From Azolla caroliniana (Eukaryota; Plantae; Polypodiophyta): 64,000 bases of DNA. Both the position numbers and the translations under genes were made by a program. The stretch is taken from positions 8,246,001 to 8,310,000 of the forward strand of contig JBHGNT010000008.1 of assembly GCA_043228905.1 (NCBI GenBank), written 5' to 3'. Positions 25,201 through 37,710 of the stretch are shown here, piece after piece. The notes beneath the pieces are model-generated. The model had not been told where the DNA came from. It saw only the letters and a list, made by a program, of their open reading frames with translations, and searched no databases. How positions within the stretch are numbered: position 1 is the stretch's first letter; every line of letters begins with the position of its first letter.

Positions 25201-26280
25201 TAATACCCCACATAAGAAGAAAACTCTTGGAGAAAAACAAGTACGAATTGGTCCGGATGGGGCATCTATGTAACCAGAGGAATGAAGAAAGAATACCGCA
25301 AGGTAGAGGATAAGTTGCGGTCGGCATCAATAATAAAAGAAGACGAAGAAATCGTGGGGGTAGTCGAATAAGTGTTCTATGGGAACACGCTACAATGGAT
25401 TGAAGAGCTTGTGGAGGATAAAAGCCAAGGAGATCGGGTAGTCCCGGTGGAATCAGTGGAGATGTACGAGATCATTGCTAAAATGGGGCCGGATGCGCTC
25501 CGCAAAGAAGAAGCAATGGTAAGTACGAAATACAAGACTGTGGAGCAGAAAGTGAAACCGGCCGCGGGACCATTACCCGTTGATAGCGAGCAAAAGAGGA
25601 AAGAAGTCTTGGGAGATCCGACACTTCCGAAGTTCGTGGATATCGGACATGCCTTCACGAATGAGACCTGGAAGAAACTTCGGATCGGTGGAGGTGGTTT
25701 CCTTTTACAAAATGAAGAAGAACGATTCCGTGGAATGTTGGAACAACATGGGAAAGCATTTGCATTCACATCGAAGGAGATAGGGTGTGTTGATCCGAAG
25801 ATAGTGGAGCCGATGGTGATCTTCACGATTGACCATGTGTCGTGGAACCTGAAGCCGATTCCGGTGCCGCGGGCGCATATTCCCAAAATCATCGACTTGC
25901 TCAAGGAGAAGGTGGCGATGGGGATTCTAGAGCCATCAAATGCTCCGTACTCAAATCGATGGTTTACGGTTCCGAAGAAGAATGGGTTGTTCCGATTTAT
26001 CCAAGACTTGCAACCGGTGAACAAAGTCACGATCTGGAACTCCGGAGTCGGTCCGATAGTGGACGAATTTGTGGAAGCATTTTTCGGTCATGCGATATAC
26101 TCCATTGGAGACCTATACTCGGGGTATGATCAATTCCAACTAGCCGTGAAGAGCCGAGACATCACTACCATGCGGACACCGATAGGATTAGTCCGGATGG
26201 GCGCGACGAACTTGGTCGCACATATGATGAATGCAATGAACAAGGTGCTTCGAGACTGCATTCCGGAGATAACGATGCCA
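22279..26280 (+). mobile_element. Ty3/gypsy (tRNA-Trp-primed family, Phygy/Selgy-like, tentative): 5' LTR 22279-23093, PBS 23098-23114, gag-protease 23132-25157, RT fragment to 26280
   Basis: TGTTGT...ACGACA; TGGTAAACCCGACGTGA resembles the complement of the plant tRNA-Trp 3' end; CIWCD..HDRRDC; LIDHGSEINL; GDLYSGYDQF. Confidence 0.88.
22535..22605 (-). promoter_or_regulatory. tRNA-like Pol III internal promoter (A and B box) inside the LTR, antisense
   Basis: Minus strand TAGTATAGTGGTAA about 30 nt before GCAAG-GTTCGAAT-CTTGC; anticodon and acceptor arms degenerate. Confidence 0.6.
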
Positions 26281-28124
26281 AAACGCGGAGACCGTCCACT
26301 ACTCGGCGTCGGCTGGAATCCGGGTCAACAGCGATGAAGTCCGGAAGACGAAGGAAGCTAGATTCTGGCCATTGATGTTGGAAGGCCTCGTCGGCGTACG
26401 GCTGAGGAAAGAGGAAGCAGACCACGCGGAAAGACAGGGCCGGAAGGCAACCGGGTGGAGTGACCCGGTCGAAGAGAAGACGGGCTTCGTTGAAGCCGCT
26501 TGCCAAAACTATGAGGTTTTGGTTGAGGACAAGCGTGCGGGTAAGACCGGAGGGGCCGGACCCTCCCAAGGTATGAGACCCGGTTCGGGCAAAAGTAGAA
26601 TGATGCAGGTGCGACCGGCACACTGGATAAAGCCAAGAGGGTTGGGTACCGATTGGGCACGGAGATCGAGAGGACCACGGACCTACGAAAGGTCCTCGAG
26701 GAACATATCCTCGACAGCAAAGTGGAGTTGTCACTAAGGGAAGTGCTCGGAATCGCCAAGAAGGAGTTCCACAACTCCATCAAGGACTTGGTGAAGCGGA
26801 AAAGCCTCTCGACAGAGCCGGAGCCAGAAAGGCCGGTGGAGGTGCGAATGATGCACCTAGAAGACATGACTCTAGAAGACGAGTTGGCGGAGAGCCACTA
26901 TTCAAGGCCACATTGGGCCAGAGCAACCACGGAGACCCCTGTTAAGATCGGAGATGTTCAGGAGCTGGTGGCGGCATTGGTGGACCACGGTTCAGAAATC
27001 AACTTGATGTCCATGAACTTCTAGAAGAAGGGGAAGTGGCCGATCAACACCAAGCACGGGTGGAAAATACAGGCAGCAATGCGCACCACGAAAGAGCTAC
27101 ATGAAGCTTACCCGAATGTACGAGTGAAAATCGGCGATGTCAAGATCGATCAACACTTCTTCGTGTAGGAGACATCCTCGCATCCAGTTATACTCGGGGA
27201 ACCGTACATCACGGCGGCACGGATGGAGACAAAGGTGCTGGACAACAGTTCAGCATATGCACGAGTCAAGAGCCAGGATGGGCGTCACTCGATCCAATTC
27301 CCGACGGTGCGACCGAACCATGAGCGTAACCGCGAGACCCTCATTGGTGAAAACCGAGGGGATTTATAGAGAGGGCTATCAAGGCGTGGGGCCGCGATAG
27401 TCCGGACACCCCGGAAAAACCCCACAGATGTATTATAGGAAAAAAGACCTGTACCATAGGTAGAAAAATTTTGGTTCTCCGATAGTGGAGGTTATACGAT
27501 AGCCAGCGTAGTTGGCAGGGAAAAGAAGCGGGCGGAAGAGCGACTTCGGGCATGCGGAGTCCTCGGCCCTGAAGAGGAAACCAACGGAGCCATGGAGGCG
27601 GTCTCTTTCGACGACACGTTAGGGAAGTTACGGGAGGTGTTCGGAGAAGGCCTTACTGAGGACTGGACGATTCCGGTAAGTTCGGAAAAGATGTACGAAG
27701 TCATCACTGACTTCGGTAATGGACTCGAGTCGGATCAGACGGCCTGAGTGGATACGAAGTACAAGAATGTGGACCGGAAGGTGAGGCCAGTCGCGCTACC
27801 CTTGCCGGAGGGCAGTGAGTTACGGATAAAGGGGGTCGCATTGTCGCGAAGTTTCGCGCACGTGTGTTACTTGGGCGGGATCACGGGGGTCTTGGACTAG
27901 GGAGTACTCAAGGTATAGAGAAGACCCGAGGTTTGCTTTACGACAATACTACTTCCTGACCCCTTCCCGAGCAAGGTCTCGTTGCCCTTTGTTTTGTGAG
28001 GCCGGTGGCTCTTGTTGATCAAGACTAGTCGACCTTTCGAGATCACCGCACAAGCCAAGTGACCAAATGGGTACAAGCAAGATGAGCATGCACCATGAAC
28101 GCACAAGGAGACAATAACACAAAC

Positions 28125-28845
28125 CTGAATGTCCCTACATCTTTATGAGGAGGAGTACATGGGCAAGCCTGAACGCTCTCTCGTCACGGGACGACCGAAC
28201 ATACAAGGAAGACACAAACACACGCATCAAATGCTCGTACGCCTTTATGAGGAGGAGAGGTGCATGGGCAAGCCCGAAACGGTCCCTCGTCACAAGACGG
28301 CCGAACGTACAAGGAACACACACATACACACACAAATGCTCGTACGTCTTTATGAGGAGGAGAGGTGCATGGGCACACCCGAAATGCTCCCTTGTCACAA
28401 GAAGGCCGAACGTACAAGGAAGACACAAACACACACAAATGCTCGTACGCCTTTATGAGGAGGAGAGGTGCATGGGCAAGCCCGAACGGTCCCCTCATTA
28501 CAAGACGGCCGAACGTAAAAGGAAGACACAAACACACGCACAAATGCTCGTATGCCTTTATGAGGAGGAGAGGTGCATGGGAAACCCCGAACGGTCCCCT
28601 CGTCACAAGACGGCCGAACGTACAAGAAAGCCACAAACACACGCACAAATGCTCGTACGCCTTTATGAGGAGGAGAGGTGCATGGGAAACCCCGAACGGT
28701 CCCCTCATCACAAGACGGCCGAACGTACACGGAAGACATAAACACACGCACAAATGCTCGTACGCCTTTATGAGGAGGAGAGGTGCATGGGCCAGCCCGA
28801 ACGGTCCCCTCGTCACAAGACAGCCGAACGTACACGGAAGACACG
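28125..28845. repeat. Seven tandem 102-105-bp units in the 3' LTR
   Basis: ctttatgaggagg recurs at 28141, 28243, 28348, 28451, 28556, 28661 and 28766. Confidence 0.95.
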
Positions 28846-31115
28846 AATAAAGAAAGAAGGAGAGAAAGAAACACGAATGATATCGACCAAAGAGATAAAT
28901 ACGTGTTCGATTCCAACGCAAGAGGACCCTTTATAAAATAGGGTTTTGTTTACAATGGAAACTTATAGTTAACCACAAGCTCAATCCAAACATAAATATT
29001 AAATGCTCTAAGAGACAAAAGCAAATCCGAACACGGCGAAGATGAACACACGAGAACCACCAAAATGCCAATCCCAACGAACCATGACCTCCCGAACGGC
29101 GAGCACACGGGCTCGCAACGACGAACGGGGCAGAGCAACTTCGAACCAACGAAGCTTGGGCTCACGAGCACTTCGAGTGCCGACGCGAAGAAGACGAGCA
29201 CGTGGCGATGCGGGGGATGAAGGGGTATGAGATGAAAAGAAGTGGTGAATAAGAAAATGAAGAGCTTCGAAGGAAAATTGGCGATAGTCTCCTCCTCCCG
29301 AATGAGCCCCCCTCGACCTCCTTTTATAAGAAAAGAAGAAGGGGGGGTCGCCAAATTTGTCTTCAATGAAAAAGGAATAAAATCCCTTAAATCATGTTGC
29401 ACTATAAGTCCAAGTTTGAACCGTGCACCTCTAGCTAGTAGTCAATGTGACTATCCACTAGCCCACTAACTCTCTCTTATATAATATATAATTCTATCTC
29501 TATAAATTCATAGCTTGTCTCCCCTCTACCTTTTATCTCTCCTCTCTCTTACTTTTTGCACGAGCTTCTATACCTCCGTTTCACCCTTTCTTTTTCCTTT
29601 TTATTTTGCATATGCACAATTAATCGCTTTTGTGTGCACACACATTGCACATGCACATTTTTGACCCCCCCTTTCGCCGGTTTTTCCCACTCTCGAGCAC
29701 GCCACATCACGACATCCACCCCCACCAAATCGCACATCCTCCGGTATGTGCCAAGAATGGCAGGCTGAGGGTGGTCAATAGTTCATTTCCTCCTCCTCAT
29801 TGACCCGGCCTGTTGTTTGCTCACCTTTATCTTCGTCAAGGTCATCGAGGTTTGGCTCCCTGTCGTGTCGTTTTTTGTAATATTCTGACCCGCTTCCCTG
29901 CTAATGGTACTGCCAGCTTAGTCCCATCGAGTTCAGCGAGGTGGTAGGTAGCATTATCATTTGCACTCGTTACCACGTATGGCCCGAACCATTGCTTTGC
30001 GAATTTCCGCATCGAGCTATGTTGATAGTCGAGACTACTATCATATACAATCACCCAGTCTCCTTCTTCAATCTTCCGAGGGCGCAATCGGTGTGTGTTG
30101 TCGAATCGGGCTTTGTTACTTAGCCTAGCCACTTCTAACATCTCCTTTGCCAACTCCAAGTCTTCGGGTCTTCTTTCAAGTTGCCTTATCCTTGTGGCTA
30201 GAAGCTCTTCTCGTCTCATCTCGTTTTCCCACGGCATCGCTACCCATGAAACGATCGTGTCTTCAATGGGCATCACCGGCTTTTGTCCATACATGAGTTC
30301 AGCTGGCATGAAACCTGTAACTGAGCTATGAGTTGTTCTATCGGCCCACAAGGCATAAGGTAGTAATCGAGGCCAATTCCCAACTCGCCCATCACAAGCT
30401 CATACAATGGCTTTTATGATAGGCCCGTGTCTGCGTTCTATCTTTCCATTAGCCTCCAAGTTATAAGCGGTCGTGAGAGAGAGCTTCACTCCAAGTCGGT
30501 CAAAGACCTATGTAGCTTCATGAGCATTCAGCTCTCCTCTATCGGCCACTATCTTTCCCACACATCCGTACCAGCAGATGACATCCTCGATTACACACCC
30601 CCGCCGTCATTTTGTTTGCTAAGGCTCGCCCTTCTACTTGGTTTGTTTGGTCTTCTCTTGCTAGCACCAAATATTTCATTTGGCCCACTCCCATCGGCAT
30701 CAAAACCAAATCCACCATCCATTTGAAGTGTATGGTGAGTGGGTAGGTCGGGTGTAACTCGTCCCTATGGCGTATGTTGGAGTGTATCTAGCAGCTTTCA
30801 CATGTCCCCACGAAATGGGCGACATCCTTGTACATTCCCAGCCACCAATACTTCTCCTTTAACTTCTCAAATGTTGCCCACGTTCCTCTATGGCCCGCCC
30901 AAGGACTCTCATGGAACTCAGACACCATTGTTTGAGATACCTTTCGTATCTCTTGGCCCTAGACTTATCTCTATCACTAGTAATTTTACAAGCTCCATTT
31001 TCGGAGAACCAAAATTGTTTCCTATTACATTTAATAGTTTTACAAGGGTTTAGGGTCTTAGTTTGCCTCGGGCTATTGTGGCCCCGCTCTTTAATAGCCT
31101 GAATCAAAAATCCTC

Positions 31116-33278
31116 TCAGCTATCCCCTTTGAGGGAGGCTCGATTGCGCTCATGGTTGGGCCTCACTATAAGGAATTGGACTAAATGCTTCCCATCTTGG
31201 CTCTTGACCCTCGCATATGCCGACCCGTTGTCTAGCACCTTCGTCTCCATGCGAGCCGCCGTGATGTATGGTTCACCCAAGATGACCGGGTGCGAGAACG
31301 TCTCTTGAACAAAGAAATGTTGATCTATTTCTACGTCCCCCACCTTCACACGTACATTCGGGCAAACCTCGTATAGCTCCTCGGTTGCTCGGGTCGCCGC
31401 TCTAATCTTCCACCCGTGCTTCGTGTTGATCGGCCACTTTCCCTTTTTATAAAAGTCCATGGACATAAGGTTGATCTCAGAGCCATGGTCGATCAATGCT
31501 ACCACCGGCTCTTTTACATCTCCGACCCGTACCGGTGTCTCCGTTGTCACTCTCACCCAATGCGGCCTCATGGAGTGACTGTCCGCATAGTCTTCGTCTT
31601 GCTCAGGAACCTCAGTTGACAATGCATTTACAATCGCGGGTTTTGCCACTTCCTCCTCCGTCGAGAGCCGCTTCCTCTTCATTAGGTCGATGATGACCTC
31701 GTGGAATTCTTTCTTGGCAATTCCGAGGACCTCTCGCAGAGTAAACTCTACGCGACTATTGAGGATCCTCTCCTCCACCACCTTCTTCAAGTCCATTGCT
31801 TGTTTGATCTCTGAGCAAAGCTTGAAGTTGGGGGCGTTCCCCTTCTCTTTCCATCTTTTGTCACGTGCTTGAGACTGGTTTGGCTCTTCCCTTCTTCGTG
31901 CACCTCGAGCGTCGTATTTCCTTGATGGACCGGCTCCCTCGTCATTTCCTACCTTCTTCTCTTCTACCATTACTTCATAGTTTTGGCAAGTGGCTTCCAC
32001 TAAGCCTGTCTTTTCTTCCACCGGATCCTTCCACCTGGTTGCTTCTTGGACCCTTCTTTCCGCTTCGTCCGCTTCTTCTCTTTTGAACTTCCCCTTAGAG
32101 AGGCTTCCAAGGATTGACAGCCAAAAGTCAAACTTTTTCTCTTCTTGCCTCCTCACCTCTTTCCCCACTCGGATCCTAGCCAACGTCGAGTAGTGGACGG
32201 CTTCAACATGTCGTGCTTCGGCCTCCTCCATTAGCCTTCTCATGCCCCCTCGGCCTTGATTCGATCTCAAGGGGCGCCTTGTCTCCGTCGAATAGACCCT
32301 ATTGTTCCAAAGATAGACAATATCCTTTCTTAGGGCCTCTTGAAAGTCTCCACACTCCCTTCGTAGGTGGTCGGGGTTGTCGCACCACATACATCTTTGC
32401 ACGAACGGGGGACGTCGATCTTGAGGGCTGCCACTCTCTCTCCTAGCTTGCGCTATTTGGAGATCTCGCACCATCTTTGTGAGCTCATCTATTGCCGACC
32501 CTCCCAATGGTGCTTCAACCATGTTTATCTCGGGGATGAACCTTGCATTTGCTTGCTCTCTTTCTTGAGGTATTCTACCACCCCTGGGTTCGTGTGTCTC
32601 ACTAATGGAGCCTGTGGATGTTTGGCCGCTCAACGGAGACCCGTCATTCCATTCCCTTCTCTTATCGAAGCGGCTACAAACCCGTTTTACCATAGCCCAA
32701 TCCGTCGTGAGCCCATCATCAGTTTCGAGGAGGGACCCCACCTTCTCTCAGTCTCGTGCATCAGTCTTTATGAATAGTAGGACCTTGCTTGTGTCAAGCA
32801 CCATCCTATCGAGCGTCGAGAGTCGCGCGAAGCACTTCTCAAATTCTTGTAAAAGTACCATAGTATTTCTCCCCTTGCCGGGAAGCTCAACCCACTCCAT
32901 TAGATCCCTTTTCGAAATTCTGAGTGAGTCATCAAGGCCGTACTTCTCGAGGAGTCTTTCTTCGAACTCCACCCAATTGCAATAGTCCACTTGGATCTCA
33001 AGTACCTCTGCGTGGATACTCGGCGTTACCACTCTAGCGAATCCGGTTAGCCACCTATCTTCAGGAACGTTTCGCATAAGCATTTCAGCCTTATAGGCAC
33101 CCAAGTAGCTCGTGATATCTCTTCCATTGAACCGACCCGTTGTGCTGACCATCGTCTCTATGGCCCGGTCTAGGCCGGTGATGCCTTCTCGGGCATTTAC
33201 CAAGCGGTCCGCCGCCGCCGCCATCGCTTCAGCGAATTCTCCTCCTCGCATCTTGGTTCTCCCTTGCCGCCCTTTCAC
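31116..33278 (-). pseudogene. Gypsy gag-protease with premature stops
   Basis: GRFNGRDITSYL, CMWCDNPDHLRREC zinc knuckle, ALIDHGSEINLMS protease motif. Confidence 0.88.
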
Positions 33279-33579
33279 GTTGAGTTCACCAATTTATGTC
33301 ATGAAGTTTCGCGCATGTGTGTTACTTGGGCGGGACCCCGGGGGTCTTGGACTAGGGAGTACTCAAGGGATAGAGAAGACCCGAGGTTTGCTTTACGACA
33401 ATACTACTTCCTGACCCCTTCCCGAGCAAGGTCTCGTTGCCCTTTGTTTTGTGAGGCCGGTGGCTCTTGTTGATCAAGACTCGTCGACCTTTCGAGATCA
33501 CCGCACAAGCCAAGTGACAAAACGGGTACAAGCAAGATGAGCACGCACCATGAACGCACAAGGGGACAATAACACAAAC

Positions 33580-34198
33580 ACGAATGTCCGTACATCTTTA
33601 TGAGGAGGAGGGGTACATGGGCAAGCCCGAACACTCCCTCGTCACGGGACGACCGAACATACAAGGAAGACACAAACACACGCACCAAATGCTCGTACGC
33701 CTTTATGAGGAGGAGAGGTGCATGGGCAAGCCCGAAACGGTCCCTCGTCACAAGACGGCCGAACGTACAAGGAACACACACATACACACACAAATGCTCG
33801 TACGTCTTTATGAGGAGGAGAGGTGCATGGGCACACCCGAAATGCTCCCTTGTCACAAGAAGGCCGAACATACAAGGAAGACACAGACACACACAAATGC
33901 TCGTACGCCTTTATGAGGAGGAGAGGTGTATGGGCAAGCCCGAATGGTCCCCTCGTCACAAGACGGCCGAACGTACAAGAAAGCCACAAACACACGCACA
34001 AATGCTCGTACACCTTTATGAGGAGGAGAGGTGCATGGCGAAGCCCGAATGGTCCCCTCGTCACAAGACGGCCGAACGTACACGGAAGACACAAACACAC
34101 GCACAAATGCTCGTACGCCTTTATGAGGAGGAGAGGTGCATGGGCCAGCCCGAACGGTCCCCTTGTCACAAGATGACCGAACGTACACGGAAGACACG
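33580..34198. repeat. Six tandem 103-105-bp units in the 5' LTR
   Basis: Same unit at about 33596, 33701, 33806, 33909, 34014 and 34119. Confidence 0.95.
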
Positions 34199-36333
34199 AA
34201 TAAAGAAAGAAGGAGAGAAAGAAACACAAATGATATCGACCAAAGAGATAAATACGTGTTTGATTCCAACGCACGAGGACCCCTTATAAAATAGGGTTTT
34301 GTTTACAATGGAAACTTATAGTTAACCACAAGCTCAATCCAAACATAAATATTAAATGCCCTTAGAGACAAAAGCAAATCCGAACACGGCGAAGATGAAC
34401 ACACGAGAACCACCAAAATGCCAATCCCAACGAACCACGACCTCCTGAACGGCGAGCACACGGGCTCACAACAACGAACGGGGCAGAGCAACTTCGAACC
34501 AACGAAGCTTGGGCTCACGAGCACTTCGAGTGCCGACGCGAAGAAGACGAGCACGTGGCGATGGGGGGGATGAAGGGGTATGAGATGAAAAGAAGTGGTG
34601 AATAAGAAAATGAAGAGCTTCGAAGGAAAATTGGCGATAGTCTCCTCCTCCCGAATGAGCCCCCCTCGACCTCCTTTTATAAGAAAAGAAGAAGGGGAGG
34701 TCGCCAAATTTATCTTCAATGAAAAAGGAATAAAATTCCTTAAATCACGTTGCACTATAAGTCCAAATTTGAACCGTGCACCTCTAGCTAGTAGTCAATG
34801 TGACTATCCACTAGCCCACTAACTCTCTCTTATATAATATATAATTCTATCTCTATAAATTCATAGCCTGTCTCCCCTCTACCTTTTATCTCTCCTCTCT
34901 CTTACTTTTTGCACGAGCTTCTATACCTCCTTTTCACCCTTTCTTTTTCCTTTTTATTTTGCATATGTACAATTAATCGCTTTTGTGTGCACACACATTG
35001 CACATGCACATTTTTGACCCCCCGCTTTCGCCAGTTTTTCCCACTCTCGAGCACGCCACATCACGACAATGTTGGACCGAAGTTTACGAGATCCGACCAG
35101 CATAGGACACACGTTCACTGACATAACGCTACAGGAGCTCAAGGTCAGTGGGGGTGGCTTTCTACTACCGGCAGAAGAGGACCGGTTTCAGAGAATGCTC
35201 AGGAGGCACGGGAAGGCTTTCACATTCTCACCGGAGGGGATCGGGTGCGTAGACCCGACGGTTGTGGAACCAATGGTGATCTTCACGGTACCGCATGTAC
35301 CGTGGAATCTCAAACCAATGCCAGTACCCAGAGCTCACATCCCGATGCTAATGGAGCTGCTGAAACAAAAGGTGGATATGGGCATCTTCGAACCGTCGAG
35401 TGCCCCGTATTCTAATCGGTGCTTTATCGTGCCAAAGAAGACCAGCACGTTGCGCTTTATTCAAGATTTGCAGCCTGTCAACAAGGTGACCATTCAGAAC
35501 GTAGCAATCGGACCGACCATAGACGAGTTCGCGAAGGCCTTCTCCGAAAGGTTGATTTACTCAGTTGGTGATCTGTACTCGGTGTATGATCAGTTCCAAC
35601 TAGCCGTGGAGAGCAGGAACATTACAATGATGCGGACTCCTCTCGGCCTAGTGCGGATGTGTACCCTCCTACAAGGAGGGACGAACTCGGTAGCCCACAT
35701 GGTGAACGCAATGAACAAAGTGCTGAGAGATTATATCTTGGGCATCACCATGCCATTCTTAGACGACATCCCGATCAAAGGATGCCCGGTGGAGGAAAAG
35801 GACGAGACAATCGGATCGGAACGGATGTCGATCCGGAAGACGAAGGATAAGCGTGGGCTGGTCTTCTCCGACAAGAGTCTAATTTTGGCGCATACCGGTG
35901 GATGCGCGGTTAGGTGGGGGCGGATGTCGTGGAGAAAACCGTCCCTAGGCCGAAACCAGGTATAACGTGCATAAACCGGCCCTTACACGTGGGCACAAGT
36001 TTTGTTGTATAGTACGTAGATAGGTACAAGTCGACTGAGGTGAAATCCTAGGTAGCACGCATTCATTAGGGAGAAAATCGAGGCGTATCCCTGTCCGAAT
36101 GGACAGGGAATAAACATGGTGATACAGATGGTAACGGCCTCCCTCCTTGGGCTATAAAAGAGAGGGAGGGGTATTCCAAAGGGGTAATCGTGTTTTGTGG
36201 AGGACGAAGTGCTGCTAGACTGGAACCGAGCTCTTCTCCTCTGTCTTCTCCATAGTCATTTTGTGCAGGTTTTTGGGAGGCTGACTCTGCTCTACGGAAC
36301 GCCTGAGTGCTTCCGGCAAAGTCTCCATCTCGC

Positions 36334-36337
<4 letters not shown>

Positions 36338-36377
<40 letters not shown>

Positions 36378-36400
36378 CGTGCGTGCGTGTGTGTGTGTGC
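36338..36400. repeat. (GT)n/(GCGT)n microsatellite inside an LTR
   Basis: Directly visible. Confidence 0.95.
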
Positions 36401-36939
36401 AGGCGTCAGAGCCTATCACTCACCGGCTTGCCGGTTGCAACTCCTTGATTTGTATATACATATACATTCGTTCTGTCTCCATTGGTCAGAGTTAGTTGCG
36501 ACTCCTATGAATCTGTTTGTCTGTGCACGTGTGAAGTACATCGGTAGTTTCTTTCCCCTCTTCTCATTCGGTTATTTCTCGGTCCAAGGCCCCCGTGGTC
36601 CCGCCTCGTTCTCCACGTTGTCGTGTGGTTTTTCACATACGATATGAAAACTAGTAAAATAATTATTTACGATTAGCTTAATATATGGATATGGAAAGAT
36701 AGATGTGTTCAAGAGCCTCATAGTGTATTTTACTACGCATAAAACGGATAAAAAAGTATCAAGTTATGTGAGTGTGAAGTTTGAAGAAAAGAAAAGAAAA
36801 TACAAAACTGTGAGATATCCCACATAAATAAGATAACATTGGAACCCAGAATATATAAGGGAAACCAAAACATATTCATTCTATCAATGTGTGGAGCATG
36901 GAATGTTCAAGGTGACTTGGGCTACACTATGTGGTGTCA

Positions 36940-37710
36940 CACTTCGGGCGTATGCGCATGTGCATGGTTGCGTGGACGTTTTCGGACGTATGCGCGCATG
37001 GATGTCTTCGGGCGTACGTGTGGATGTTTCGAACGGACGCGTATGTGCAGACAAGCGCGCGGTCGAGACTTTTGCGCGCAGATGTGTGCACGGTGCAGGT
37101 TGGATGTGCGCACACGTGGATGCGTACACTACGGCGCGGTCGGGATGCGCGCATGCGTGGATGCGTACATTACTACGCGGTCGGGACTTTTGCGCGCAGA
37201 CGCATCTACGGTTTGGTTGCGACGCACGTATGGATTGCGCACGAGCTAAACTTTATGGATGATTGTGTCATTTGGCCGAATTATATGGACAATCGCATGC
37301 AACCAAAAGCCAAGGCCATGCAACTAAAAGTAAAAGGCATCCATCTAAAAATGGAAGCATGCAACTAAAAGCAAAGGCCACGGTGCAGGTTGGATGTGCG
37401 CACATGTGGATGCGTACACTATGGCGTGGTCGGGATGCGCGCATGCGTGGATGCGTACATTACTACGCGGTCGGGACTTTTGCGCGCAGACGCATCTACG
37501 GTTTGGTTGCGACGCACGTACGGATTGCGCACGAGCTAAACTTTATGGATGATTGTGTCATTTGGCCGAATTATATGGACAATCGCATGCAACCAAAAGC
37601 CAAGGCCATGCAACTAAAAGTAAAAGGCATCCATCTAAAAATGGAAGCATGCAACTAAAAGCAAAGGTCATGCAACTAAAAATAGAGGCCATCCAGCTAA
37701 AAGTGGGCAT
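36940..37710. repeat. CpG-rich short-unit array and ~290-bp tandem duplication in the 5' LTR, followed by atgcaactaaaa repeats
   Basis: gtggatgcgtacactacggcgcggtcggga units; 37090-37379 repeated at 37380-37669. Confidence 0.85.

Larger units (their letters stand above)
27842..35068 (-). mobile_element. Internally deleted gypsy (tRNA-Trp family) with ~1.8-kb LTRs: 5' LTR 33297-35068, 3' LTR 27842-29714; gag-protease and integrase remain, RT/RNase H deleted
   Basis: TGTC...GACA direct repeats; PBS TGGTGAACTCAACGTGA at 33275-33291 (minus); ORFs 32748-33278, 31116-32741, 29842-30351; possible decayed 4-bp TSD gcat/atgt. Confidence 0.92.
26281..36618 (+). mobile_element. Second gypsy of the same family: gag-protease 26281-27370, pol 27370-27841 and 35069-35825, 3' LTR 35925-36618 (last 20 bp displaced to 62332-62351)
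   Basis: LVDHGSEINL; reading frame KGVA|.DRSLRD is continuous across the 27842-35068 insertion; FLDDIPIKG; hairpin and ggtgggggcgga precede TGTCG. Confidence 0.82.

Noticed and set aside
28125-28845. Hammerhead ribozyme array (CTTTATGAG...CGAAAC; TGACGAG on the other strand)
   Set aside because: No intact CUGANGA core with GAAA and a cleavage triplet in the right stems; GAAA is absent from most units.
28129-28936. Repeat-protein genes from ORFs over the LTR arrays (also 33404-34289, 61025-61713)
   Set aside because: ORFs are open in several frames on both strands because the repeat is stop-poor; 102-103-bp units break the frame.
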